From Mobula hypostoma (Eukaryota): a DNA stretch of 64,000 nucleotides. The stretch spans positions 51,400,001 to 51,464,000 of the forward strand of contig NC_086108.1 in NCBI RefSeq assembly GCF_963921235.1, in the 5' to 3' direction. Every line of letters begins with the position of its first letter. Within the stretch, counting starts at the first letter, position 1. The position numbers and the translations under genes are program-made. A model generated the notes under the pieces. The model saw only the letters and a list, made by a program, of their open reading frames with translations. It was not told the origin of the DNA and did no database searches. Positions 1 through 12,517 of this stretch are shown in pieces.

Positions 1-134
1 CGCTGTGGATACTGCTGGGGAGGACAACCTACCAGGGGAAAGCCACAGTGTCAGGGTCTCTGGCATTAGGTCTGGCTCTGTGGCTCAGAAGGAAAGAGAG
101 GGAGAAGGGGAGTGCGAGTGCAGTAGTGATAGAC
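1..134 (+). mobile_element. CR1 LINE ORF1 (esterase-type) fragment
   Basis: Reads like AVDTAGEDNLPGESHS..GSVAQK; resembles the CR1 ORF1 region at about 39060-39150 on the minus strand. Confidence 0.55.
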
Positions 135-545
135 ACCTTCCCGACTGGTATCCCTTGCCATCGATGACCACAGCTTTCTAGCTGCAGCAATCTTTATTTA
201 AACAGCCCTCCGGAACACATACAACCTGGTCCACGTTGGGAGGGGGGGGGCAGGAGTTGATGAATGGAAGTCTGCTTTTAACAGCCCCACTGGCCACTAT
301 GCGATGCCGTTTGGTGTCATTAATAACCCTGCAGTGCTCAAGGCCCTTATCAATGACGTTCTCCGAGAGATGCTAAATCACTTTGTCAACATGCACCTGG
401 ATAATAAACTCATCCTCTCCAAGACCTACCACAAACACATCAAACATGTTCGACGGGTCCTTCAATGTTTACTCCAGAACCAACTAATCATGAAGCTGGA
501 GAACAGTCTCCTTCCTCAGGTTTACTGTCTCTAAGGGGAATCTGT

Positions 546-623
546 CAAGGGTTCCCAACCTGGGGCCCGCAGACCCATTAGTTAATAGTAAGGGTCTATG
601 GCATAAAATATGTTGTGAACTCG
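546..623. mobile_element. About 80 bp mini-MITE inserted in the Gypsy RT
   Basis: Imperfect inverted ends caagggttcccaac...gttgtgaactc; a reverse-orientation relative lies at 25970-26049. Confidence 0.6.
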
Positions 624-1819
624 ACCAGGACACAAGCATCAGGGATTAGCCACAACCCACCATGATCAAGTAGCTCCAGCGGTTTCTGGGATTCATAAGT
701 TTTTCCTGGAGATTCTTTCCACTACAGCGCCCCTTACTGCTCTGAACAAGGGAACCTCTGGCCCATTTCACTGGACCCCAGAAGCTGAGGTAGCTTTCCA
801 GGAATTGAAGCGTAGCTTCACAACAGCTGCTGTCCTCTTTCTCCCTGACACAGAGATGCCATTCAGCATTGAAGTGGACTGGGCAGGGTAGCTCATCACG
901 AGCTGTGTCACAATCTATGGATGTGTCTGCCTTTGAGTGTCAGTTTGGTTATCTCCCCCCTCTATTTCCCGAGCAGGAGTCTGAAGTGGGAGACCCATCT
1001 GTTGAACAGCTGGTTTGTCATTGCCGGCAGAAGTGGGAGAAAGCTTGGACAGCTCTGCTGAAGGCCTCTCTGCAGCAACAGTGGCATGCCAACCATCAAA
1101 GGCAGCTGGGGCCTTTGTTTCATCATGGTCAAAGGTCTGGCTCCTTATCAAAGATCTTCCACTGCGGGCTGAGTCTCGGAAACTGATGTCATGCTACTTT
1201 GGACTGTTCAAGTTTCTCTGTCACTTACTGTGTCCAGTTGCCATGCGCCATGTTTATCAACCCAACCATCTATGTCTCCCATTTAAAATTCCTTTGGTGC
1301 AGTCCACTGACAACTGTCCCCAGACTGCCTCCAGCTTATCACATCATTGACAGTCAGCTGGCGTAGACCGGCCGTTGGTGTGGTTGGTGGCTGGCTCCAG
1401 TACCTGGTGGAGAGGGAGGGTTACAGCCCAGGGGAAAAGTCGTGGGTTCCCTGCTGTAACATCCTGGTCCCGGTCCACTGTCACCACCTGGACCGTCCTG
1501 GGCCGTCAGGTGCTTGCCGGAGGGCGGAAGGTTGCTGTCATGCTTCTGACTGATCACCAGGGGGTGCGAGAGTCCTCCAGATTCTGATGTTCCTCCTCCC
1601 TGATTACTAGTTGATTATTCCTACTTGTGTCTCATTTCAGTTATCAGTGCCCCTGGGCCTTGTTAAGTTTCTCTGTTTAAGTTCCCTCTGTGTTGTTTGC
1701 CTTTGCTTAGTCTTGTGTTTACCTACACTGTGTGCAGTGATTCTTGAGTTCCCTACAAAGCAATCTGCAAGTGAAGATTCTTTATTCAACTCCATCATTG
1801 TCCCTGGTCTCCTCTGCAC

Positions 1820-2166
1820 CAATATTCCCTCTAATTTGTAATGACCAGTGTGCACGAAAATCTTGTGCTGTGCAATTTTTTGCCCGGTGACAACAATGTG
1901 TGTGCACTGAATACTGTCTTCAATAAAAACAGTATAAATAAGCCAGTTCTACAATCTATAGATAGATCATTGCAAACTTCACATTGTCAACACTATCTGC
2001 ATCAGAAACCAGAAAAGGAAATGTGATTGTGTACGATCATGAAATATACTTAACATGCCAACACGGTGGAGAGTGACAACCTTTTGTATGTCGTTTAAAT
2101 TCCTTTGTCCGCTAGTAGCAAAAGATGCGTGCGCATACACATGTGCACACCTTAGAGGGAACATTG
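1820..2166. mobile_element. hAT-type MITE, 347 bp
   Basis: 15 bp TIRs caatattccctctaa (1820-1834) and ttagagggaacattg (2152-2166), one mismatch. 8 bp TSD ctctgcac (1812-1819) / ctctgcat (2167-2174). Confidence 0.9.
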
Positions 2167-2197
2167 CTCTGCATTTGGGTCTGTTTGGTCTATGTCT

Positions 2198-2575
2198 CTC
2201 ACACAGAACACTGGAGGAACTCAGCAGGTCAGGCAGCATCTGTGGAAGAGAGTAAACAGTTGACGTTTTGGACCATGACCCTTCTTCAGGACCGAGGAGG
2301 AAGAGGGAAGATGCCAGAACAAAGAGGTGGGGGGGGGGTGCGGAAGAGACTAGCTGGAGGGTGATAAGTGAAGCCAGGTGGGTGGAAAAGATCAAGGGCA
2401 CGAGAAGAAAGAATCTGATAAGAGAGGAGAGTGGACAATAGGAGAAAGGGAAGGGGGGGTCACAGGGGGAAGTAATAAGGAGGTGTGAAGAAGTGGGAGG
2501 TCAGAGTGGGGAACAGAAGTGGGGGGGAGTTTGTTTCCCGGAAGGAGAAATTGACACGTATGCCATTTGGTCGGA
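2198..2575 (-). mobile_element. PLE 3' end/pseudo-LTR, older subfamily
   Basis: Similar to the termini at 10202 and 58846; degenerate hammerhead motif at about 2257-2292. Confidence 0.8.
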
Positions 2576-3129
2576 GGGTCCTTCTGGTAAACAAATTCCA
2601 GCGCGCCCCGCCCCCACCCCCCCCCCCGTAGAAGGGCCTCAACTCAAAAGGTCGGCTGTACTTTTTTCCAGAGTAAGGGGTGAGGAATCTACTGAGAGTG
2701 ATGACATATTCAAAATAAACCATGGCTTTTATGAGTATTTCAAGAAGCAAGCAAACCTACATAATATGCTCCAAGCTGGGTAGAGAGCAAGACAAATAAC
2801 ATGGCAGGAGAAATTTTTCCAACAGACCTAAAATTAATCATTAAGAAAGATGGCCTTTATCCGAAAACATGCCTCTTGAGGATTCAGTGGTGCTGTTTAT
2901 AAGAAGGTATCCCCACACACAGTCAGCCTGATGGATGAGAAACCTGCATCTGGCCTCAAGACTTTAGGGTAGCTTTACCTTTCTCATGAAAGGCAATGAC
3001 GTGAGGGACTATACATTATTGGAACTTAACTTATAAGTGTACAGGATGATCTAGTACTTAAAAGAGGTGGTGCATGGAGAACCAGCCAGTATTGCACTGG
3101 AGCATGTTGAATCTGCCCGTGACAAGGCA

Positions 3130-4797
3130 GTGAATAAGAATAGAGAATAAGGTGAATGAGTTTAAAACCCCACCCTGGCAAATTGTGAAATTGGACTCAA
3201 TAAATCTGACTAATACACAAAATTGACAATGAAAGTTTCCAGATGGACATAAAAACGGAAAACTAGTTTGCTATTTATCTGCAGAGAAGTGGCCTGACGC
3301 TCGACCACACTGGCCTACATTCCTCTCCTATACCATGAACTGATTGTCTTCTGAAGCCAATAGTCCACTTACAACAATTAAAATTAAGATTCATCCCTAA
3401 TATGGCTTATGTACTGGATGAACCAAACCCTGCTCAGCCTTTCTCATTAAAACTGGGAACTCTTGCCAATGCCAAAGCTGGAAGAGTTGTCATAGGATGT
3501 TGTTAAACAGTCTGTTGTCGATGTCAAGGTGGCATTTGACAGAACGTGGCATCAAGGCATTGTGGTAAAACTGGGTCATCAAGGGGAAAACATTTCAATA
3601 CCTTGCACTAAAGGGAAATCGTTCCAATTGTTGGAAGTCAGTCATTCCAGCCCCAGGGCATCACAGCAAGAGTTCACTAAGGTGCTATCCTAAGTCCAAA
3701 TAGGCAGGGCTGTAGCTGAGGCAGCAGAGAAAGGATCAGCATGGGTGTGGACCAAGTATGTCCAGAGGGGCAGATAGTCAGACAGTGTATACATATCTTG
3801 CAAACCCTTCAGTAGTTGCATAGACACCTGAAGAGCAGACTATCTGTTGGGTGGAAGCAACCAACAACTCTGATAGAGGCAGATGCCAAGTTTTTAAGCT
3901 CACCAGTGGGAGGTGGTGCTTTAGCACTGCTGGCCCACCACTTCGAGGGAGTCTTGATCATAGCGGGCCGAGACTCCTGAAGACAGGTGGCAGATCAACT
4001 GATGGTCCCACTGGTGATAGCACAGGACAGTTAACATCTTAGTCCAAATGTACTTTGTAACTGCTAACATTACGTTTGAAGTGGGAATGCCTGACGTGGC
4101 AGCACAAAGCTCAATTCAGTTAATAACCCTTGACATTCAATGGCATTAGCATTGTGGTATTCTCATATCATCAACATCCAGGGAGCCACCATTGACCATA
4201 AATTCAACTGGACTTTCGCCATATGCCCCTTAAGGATGAGATCTATATGAAGTGGTCAGAACTGACTATGCTGCAGCATGTGACTGGCTCCCTGACATCG
4301 CAGGGAATTTCTGACTTCTGCAAAGCACAAGTCTCGAGGGTGACAGAATATCTTCCACTTTCCAGGGTAAGCGCAGCCCTAACAACTCTCCAGCCGTTCA
4401 ACACTATCCAGGACAAAGCTGCCTGCTTGATTACCATCCATACATCTCCAGTAACATTCCCTGCGTATGCCACTGGTGCAGTTACTCACTCAGCCTACGC
4501 AAGCAGTAGCTTCAAATCCATGACTGCTACCACTAATGACAAGGGTAGCAGGAGCCTGAACACACTAACGCCTGCAGATTTCCTTCCAACTCATACACCA
4601 TCCTGAACTGGGAATAGAGTATCTCTCTTTCATCATCTTTGAAACTACATTTGGCAACTCCCTCCCCATCAGCTCTGTAAATGTACCTTCACCAGCAGAA
4701 CTGCTACAGTTCGAAAAGGTGACTTGGCACCATCTTAGAAGGGGCAATTAGCAATAGGGTCTTACCAGCAACACCCAGATCCTGTAAAACCAAAAAA
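3130..4797 (+). mobile_element. Ancient CR1/L2-group LINE remnant, interrupted at about 3700-4100
   Basis: Degenerate RT stretch VDVKVAFDRTWHQG followed by a GVPQG-like motif (3516-3700); 3' region ends A-rich; related to 42520-43640. Confidence 0.6.
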
Positions 4798-5133
4798 TAT
4801 AAACATCTACTGAATCCCAGCCTAGCATAATTAATATAAAAGGACTATATCTATCAATCAATGTATCAGATTATTCAATTTCTATCTCTGAGTGTTCATT
4901 GGTACAACTGACCTGTTACAGGTTGGAACAGAGTTTCCAAAGTTTGGGCACCTTTGCTGCTGTTCTCCTGTTGCTCCTGCAATAAATGATAGGTATGCCT
5001 TTGCATCTGGAATTTCAAGGCTTGGCACAATTTTCCAGCCCTATCAAATTATCCTTAAACCAAGAGATAAATCTTGGGTCAATAGGAACTGAAGAAGAAC
5101 ACACCAATGGCATATTGCATACCCTCTATCACA

Positions 5134-5398
5134 TACCATAAGACCATAAGAATTATGAGCAGAATTAGGCTATTTGGCCCATTGTGTCTGCTACGCCATT
5201 TCATCATGGTTGATCCAATTTTCCTCTCAGTCCCAATCTCCTGCCTCCTCACCACATCCCTTCATGCCCCGAACAATCAAGAATCTATAAATCTGTAAGA
5301 CTTAAATATACATAAAGACTTGGCTTCCAAAGCTGCCTGTGACAAAGAATTCCACGCTCTCTCCACTCTCTGGCTAATGAAATTCCTCCTCACCTTCT
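5134..5398 (-). mobile_element. CR1 LINE 3' fragment
   Basis: (ccataaga)2 tail and antisense VRRNFISQRVERAWNSL; similar to 6820-7070. Confidence 0.85.
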
Positions 5399-6817
5399 CA
5401 GACCCTCCTACTACTTTCATAATTGTTATCTTTGTACATTGTGGACTCATGTTTCTTAAGAAAAAAATCAAAATTATACGTAAAATTTTATTTTACAGAT
5501 TCAAAAAAAAGTTGGATGTCATTTATGTATTCATGCACTTATTTAAGCACGAAGACTCTAATAAACACTTTGCGATCTGTCAAATTTACTCCTGGTTGTT
5601 ACACTTTTGTCAACGGAAGATTGATTGCTTTCTTACAGAATTTTACAGCCACAATATGGATCAGTTTTATCACTGTTCAAAAGGCTGCTCTGGAGATGAA
5701 ATTTTACACAGTTCCCATTTCCCATTTTTCAAATCCAGTTACATTCCTGTAGTTCTTTGGGAATTGTTTAGTCCACAGATAATGCTGTTCTTTGTTCTAA
5801 TCTTTGTGACTGGTTATTGACTTGCCTCAAATATGATTTCTATACCTTAAATTTATAGACCACAATGCCATAACACAGTCTTGTCCAACTGGGGTTCACA
5901 AAATAAAAAAGCAGAGAGACCATTTGTTTCATCACATAATGGATGTCACCCAAGATGGAATGAATCTTGAGTGAAGATACCAATACTTCGCTGCAGCAGA
6001 AAGCAAATAGGCACACAGTTCACCATTGGTGCCCTCTAATAATTTCCTAGAACTTAATCTTTACCTGGCAGAAACAGTTAAAGAAGGCAATATGTCATAG
6101 ATACCCTGAATATCCAAGCATACTGCTTTGGTTTCCTCAATGTAGCAACAAGCAAAAAATCCAAACTTAACTACCAGCATCCTGTTATAACTTTTAAGTT
6201 TCCATTAGTACAGAGCTGCCCATTAGCATCATTAGATAATTTCTACAGCCTGTGCTTTTCCTTTAGAACATCTGCAACACCTTTAGCCTTCTTGGATCCC
6301 AATGGGAAAAGCCATATTTTTCCAGTCTATCCATATAATTGCAAAATCTTTTAAGGCTACATGCATTTTTGAACCACAGGTAAATAAAGGGCAATGGAAA
6401 TCATGCTGATAAATGGACATGAGTTCAAAGATCAAATCTGACATGATGCTACTGAATGGAAGACTGGCTACAGGAGCTTCATGACTCTCTGGTACTCTTT
6501 TATGTATGTTTTATATTTAAAGGCTTTACCAACAGAACAGCTGAGGTGCGCTGCTGAGATATCATTGCTGAAGATGTGTAAATAAGTGACCTTGGGTATG
6601 AATATGATAAGGATATGAATATGAAATATAGTTTATTTTAGGTTGAAGAATATATCGAGGTAGTAAACTGTCATAGTCGGTCCAAGATAGTGATCAAAAG
6701 GAGGAATGCTAAATGTAACAGAACAAAAATTATGACCACAGCTTTACAACTGATGAAGAAACAATAAAAGAGACCTTATCAATGCATATGAGCACAAAAA
6801 CAAATTAAAAACGTTAA

Positions 6818-9800
6818 AATCATAAGGTATAGGAGCAGAAGTAGGCCATTCAGCCCATCGAGTCTGCTCCACCATTCAATCATGGGCTAATCCAATTCTT
6901 TCAGTCATCTCCACTTCCCTGCCTTCTCCCCATACCCTTTGATGCCCTGGCTAATCAAGAATCTATCTAACTCTGCCTTAAATGCGCCCAATGACTTGGC
7001 CTCCACAGCCACTCATGGCACCAAATTCCACAGGTTTACCACCCTCTGACTAAAGTAATTTCTCTGCATCTCTGGTCTAAACGGACATCCTTCAATCCTG
7101 AAAGTTGCGCCCTCTTGTCCTAGACTCCTCTACCATGGGAAATAACTTTGCCATATCTAATCTGTTCAGGCCTTTTAACATTTGGAATGTTTCTATGAGA
7201 TGCCTGAACTCCAGGGAATACAGCCCAAGAGTTCCCAGATGTTCCTCATACGGTAACCCTTTGATACCTGGAATCATTCTTGTGAATCTGCTCTGAACCC
7301 TCTCCAATATCAGTATATCCTTTCTAAAATAAGGAGCCCAAAACTGCACACAATACTCCAAGTGCAGTCTCACGGATGCCTAAAAGAGCCTCAACATCAC
7401 ATCCCTGCTCTTATATTCTATACCTCTAGGAATGAATGCCAACATTGCATTTGTCTTCTGCACCACGGACTCATCCTGGAGGTTAACCTTTAGGGTATCC
7501 TGCACAAGGACTCCCAAGTCCCTTTGCATCTCTGCATTTTGAATTTTCTCCCCATCTAAATAATAGACTGCCCATTTATTTCTTCCACCAAAGTGCATGA
7601 CCATACACTTTCCAACATTGTATTTCATTTGCCACTTCTTTGCCCATCCCCCTAACTATCTAAGTCTCTCTGTTTCCTCAACACTATCCGCTTCTCCACC
7701 TATCTTTGTATCATTGGCAAATTTAGCCACAAATCCATTAATCCCATAGTCCAAATCATTGATATGCATCGTAAAAAGCATTGGTCCGAACACCCAACCT
7801 CTGTGGAACTCCACTGGTAAACGGCAGCCAGCCAGAATAGGGTCCCTTTATTCCCACTCTCTGCTTTCTGCCGATCAGCCAATGCTCCACTCCCGCTAGT
7901 AACCTCCCCATAATTCCGCAGGCTCTTATCATGCTAAGCAGCCTCATGTGAGGCACCTTGTCAAAGGCTCTCTGAAAATCCAAATACACCACATCTACTG
8001 CATCTCATTTGTCTACCCTGTTTGTAATTTCCTCAAAAAATTGCAGTAAATTAGTCAGGCAGGATCTTCCTTCCAGGAAACTGTGCTGGCTTTGGCCTAT
8101 CTTGTCATGTGCCTCCAGGTACTCTGTAATCTCATCCCTAACAATATTTTCCAACAGCTTCCCAACCATTGATTACAGGCTAACAGGTCTATAGTTTCCT
8201 TTCTGCTGCCTCCACCTTTCTTAAATAGCGGAGTAACATTGGCAATTTTCCAGTCATCCGGTACAAAGCCAGAATTTATCAATTCTTGAAAGATCATTGT
8301 TAATGCCTCTGCAATCTCTCCAGCTACTTCCTTCAGAACCCAAGGGTGCATTCCATCAGGTCCAGGAGATTTATCCACCCTCAGACCATTAAGCTTCCAG
8401 AGCACCTTCTCAGTTGTAATTTTCACTGCACATACTTCACTTTCCTGACACTCTTGAATGTCCGGTATACTGCAGATGTCTTCCACTGTGAAGACTGATG
8501 CAAAATACGCACTCAGTTCCTCGGCTATCTCTGTGTCTCTGATTACAACATCTCCAGTGTCATTTTCTATTGGTCCTATATCTACTCTCAACTCTCTTTT
8601 ACCCTTTTTATACTTAAAAAAGCTTTTAGTATCTTCTTTGATATTAGTTGCCAGCTTCCTTTTAACATTCATCTTTTCCTCCCAATGACCTTCTTAGTTT
8701 CCTTCTGCAAGTTTTTAAAAGCTTCCCAATCCTCTATCTTCCCACCAGTTGTGGCTTCCTTGTATGCCCTCGTTTTTGCTTTTACTTTGGCTCTGACTTC
8801 ACTTGTCAGCCACGGTAGTGTCCTTCTTCCATTTGAAAATTTCTTCTTATTTGGAATATGTCTGTCTTGCACTTCCTCCTTTTTCACAGAAACTCCAGCC
8901 ATTGCTGCTCTGCTGTCCTTCCTGCCAGTGTCCCTTTCCAGTCAACTTTGGCCAGTTCTCCTCTCAGGCCATTGTAATTTCCTTTATTCCAGTGAAATAC
9001 CAACCCACTGGAATTCAGCTTCTCCTTCTCAAATTTCAAAGTGAACTCGATCATATTGTGCTCACTGTTCCCCAAGGATTCTTTAACCGTGAGCGCTCTT
9101 ATCACCTCCAGATCATTGCACAACACCCAATCCAACACAACTGATCCCCTAGTGGGCTCAACAACGAGCTGATCTAAAAAGCCATCCCTTAGATTTTCTA
9201 CGAATTCTCTCTCTTGAGGTCCAGTACTGGCCTGGTTTTCCCAATTCACTTTCATGTTAAGATCCCCAATGATTATCATGACATTGCCCTTCTATCTCCT
9301 GCAGTAATTTGTAATCCACATCCTGCTGCTGTTTGGAGGCCTTTATACAACTGCCATTAGGGTCCTTTTACCTTTGCCATTTCTTAACTCAACCCATAGA
9401 GACTCTACACCTTCCAATCCTATGTCATCCCTTTCGAATGATTTAATATTATTTCTTATATACAGGGCCACATCACCCCCTCTGCCTACTCACCTATCTC
9501 TCCGATACACTGTATATCCTTGGAAGTTCAGCTCCCAATGGCAGCCATCCTTTAGCCAAGTTTCAGAGATGGCCACAACGTCATACTTGCCAATTTCAAG
9601 ATCGCCCATTTTATTTCTTATGCTGTACGCATTGAAATATAACACTTTCAGTCCAGTATTTGTTGCTTTCTATTTTACCTGCACCATGCCTCTCTTGCCC
9701 TGTAACTCATTCTACTGGCTGTGATTATGCTTCACCCCCTGCCTGTTCTTTCAATCATCTCTGTTGCACACTATCTTTGATTTATTTCTGTTTCCCCCTT

Positions 9801-10015
9801 CCTCAGCTTGATCACTCCAGTTCCAATCTCCCTACCAAATTAGTTTAAACCCTCCTAAACACTCTATTAAACCTGCCTGCTCAGATATTGGACCCCTTTG
9901 GGTTCAGGTGTAACCCATCTTTTTTGTACAGGTCGTACCTCCCGCAGGAGAGGCCCCAGTGATCCAGGAACCCAAAGCCCTGCCCCCTACACCAATCTCT
10001 CAGCCACGCATTAAT
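6818..10015 (-). mobile_element. CR1 LINE, about 3.2 kb, decayed ORF2 (APE endonuclease + RT)
   Basis: Collinear minus-strand ORFs with IIGDLN..VNW, KSPGPDG, DWKIANVTPLFKKG, YLDFQRAFDKVPH, SGVPQ, HLEYCVQFWAP. Confidence 0.95.
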
Positions 10016-10201
10016 ATGCCTGATCATACTATTCATGCTATGATAGGCAGGAAAATATTGCTATCTCATCCAGCTCACCCAAAACATCTGCAACTTGTGG
10101 TCTATCACACCATTGAGAAGAAGAAAAGATTTGGATGGGGGCATCTGGAAAATTCATCTCCTACTTCAAAATAACTCAACAACTGAACACTATATGAAGC
10201 T

Positions 10202-11310
10202 TAAACACGAGGAAATCTGCAGATGCTGGAATTTCAAGCAACACACATAAAAGTTGCTGGTGAACGCAGCAGGCCAGGCAGCATCTATAGGAAAAGGTAC
10301 AGTTGACGTTTTGGGCCGAGACCCTTCGTCAGGACTAACTGAAAGAAGAGCTAGTAAGAGATTTGAAATTGGGAGAGGGAGGGGGAGATCCGAAATGATA
10401 GGAGAAGACAGGAGGGGGGAGGATGGAGCCAAGAGCTGGACAGTTGATTGGCAAAAGGGATATGAGAGGATCATGGGACAGGAGGCCTAGGGAGAAAGAA
10501 AAGGGGAAGGGGGGGGGAAATCCAGAGGATGGGCAAGGAGTATAGTGAGAGGGACAGAGGGAGAAAAAGGAGAGAGAGAGAAAAAGAATGTGTGTATATA
10601 AATAAATAATGGATGGGGTACGAGGGGGAGGTGGGCATTAGCGGAAGTTTGAGAAGTCAATGTTCATGCCATCAGGCTACCCAGATGGAATGTAAGGTAT
10701 TGTTCCTCCAACCTGAGTGTGGCTTCATCTTTACAGTAGAGGAGGCCGTGGATAGACATATCAGAATGGGAATGGGATGTGGAATTAAAATGTGTGGCCA
10801 CTGGGAGATCCTGCTTTCTCTGGCGGACAGAGCATAGGTGTTCAGCGAAATGATCTCTCAGTCTGCGTCCGGTCTTGCCAGTATATAGAAGGCCACATCA
10901 GGAGCACTGGACGCAGTATATCACCCCAGCCGACTCACAGGTGAAGGACTGTCTGGGGCCCTGAATGGTAACGAGGAAAGAAGTGTAAGGGCATGTGTAG
11001 CACTTGTTCCACTTACAAGGATAAGTGCCAGGAGGGAGATCAGTGGGGAGGGATGGGGGGGACGAATGGACAAGGGAGTTGTGTGGGGAGCGATCCCTGC
11101 GGAAAGCAGAGAGAGGGGGGAGGGAAAGATGTGCCTAATGGTGGGATCCTGTTGGAGGAGTTGGAAGTTACGGAGAATTATATGTTGGACCCGGAGGCTG
11201 GTGGGGTGGTAGGTGAGGACAAGGGGAGCCCTATTCCTAGCGGGGTGGCAGGAGGATGGAGTGAGAGCAGATGTGCGTGAAATGGGGCAGATGAGTTTGA
11301 GAGCAGAGTT
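10202..11310 (-). mobile_element. Neptune-type PLE, 5'-truncated
   Basis: Highly similar to the 3' part of 58846-61276. Perfect 12 bp TSD ctatatgaagct (10190-10201 / 11311-11322). Confidence 0.95.
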
Positions 11311-12127
11311 CTATATGAAGCTGATTGTAAAATGAAGATGAAGCCAATATCAATTCAATTAAACTGTGCAACCAACAATAGCTTGGTTGGGTAAGTCAAA
11401 TTCTTAGTTATTGCACCATCTCTAAGTCTATGCCAACATTGCTCCCATCAAATCTCAGATCAACCTTGGTTGCTGGTATGTTTTTCAGCTTGTAGTTCAA
11501 CATCCACTAGACTCGATGCTTCACAGGCTCCAAAACCTGCTACAATTTGCAAGGATTTCATGTGTAAAGATGCATAAGCTCTCAGTGTACCATGGGCACT
11601 GCTCAACTGCATACAGCCTGCAGTTAGTCTTCAGCTGGATCCATTCTGATTCAGATTCATACTTTCACATTGTAGTGGTTTCCTTTGTTCTGATGCCATT
11701 CAGATGGATTTTTAATGCAGCATTTGGCAGAATGCAAAGGAATCCCGGTATCAAAATATAGAATGCACCAGGGAAAATGAACCTCACAGCAGTTCTACCT
11801 CCTGGAGAAGGAGCAATGTGGAAATGAGCCACGCAGATGGGGAAGATTGCAGTCCTCAGGGAGGGGGAAATGGGAAAGCCGAGGATCCCCTCCTGCTTGC
11901 TATTAAGACTCATGTGGCCTGCGTCACCATTCATTTAAAGGGCCTGCCAATGCTCATATTCTGATCGCTCCCCTGAAAAATGAGCAGTGAGTAGTCAAAA
12001 GAGCAGGGTATTGGATGGCAGCTGGCACCTACTGAATCATACCGCAGCCGGGGTCAGCATTGAGGGAAGAGAACAACTAATAAGGCAAGAAAGGTAAATG
12101 AAAAGGATAAAAAAAATCATATAGATT

Positions 12128-12130
<3 letters not shown>

Positions 12131-12171
<41 letters not shown>
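12131..12171. repeat. (AT)20 microsatellite
   Basis: Perfect dinucleotide run. Confidence 0.99.
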
Positions 12172-12172
<1 letters not shown>

Positions 12173-12484
12173 CTAAATGTAAAAAGGTGTTATATTGGCC
12201 AGATATTAAATTTGACAGATATGCAGGGGTTTGATGCCTGCTGTGACAGACTTCTAGTAATGAAGGGTTAAGGTGTTTTGCAAAGTCACATGATATCAGG
12301 GAACTGGCTCATGGTACAAACACGAGCCCCCCCCTCCAACAGCCGAGGACGAACATCTTGCATACAGATGTTTCAGGACCGCAAATACTTCAAAGTGCCT
12401 CGATCAAACCAGGAGAGAATTCTGGTGCCAAAAGTAAATGTCCTGAGCATGCTGAGTGGAAAATGTTAAGCATTCAAAGATGAG

Positions 12485-12490
<6 letters not shown>

Positions 12491-12517
<27 letters not shown>
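12491..12517. repeat. (CA)13 microsatellite
   Basis: Perfect dinucleotide run. Confidence 0.99.

Larger units (their letters stand above)
135..2200 (+). mobile_element. Decayed chromovirus-type (Sushi-like) Ty3/Gypsy element: pol remnants and 3' LTR
   Basis: RT motifs DEWKSAF..GHY/MPFG..N.PA (259-534), RNase H and integrase pieces, chromodomain [17 protein letters not shown] (about 1393-1452). A purine-rich tract precedes an LTR starting TGTCA at 1536. Many stops and frameshifts. Confidence 0.85.

Noticed and set aside
5320..5820. 166 aa ORF
   Set aside because: Non-ATG start inside antisense CR1, AT-rich, no recognisable domain.
6593..6630. Short tandem duplications (also 25662-25683, 54974-55017)
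   Set aside because: Ordinary slippage-scale repeats.
10254..10490. Recurrent MLVNAAGQAAS ORFs (also 14680, 58898) as a small gene family
   Set aside because: Antisense translations of the PLE terminal repeat.
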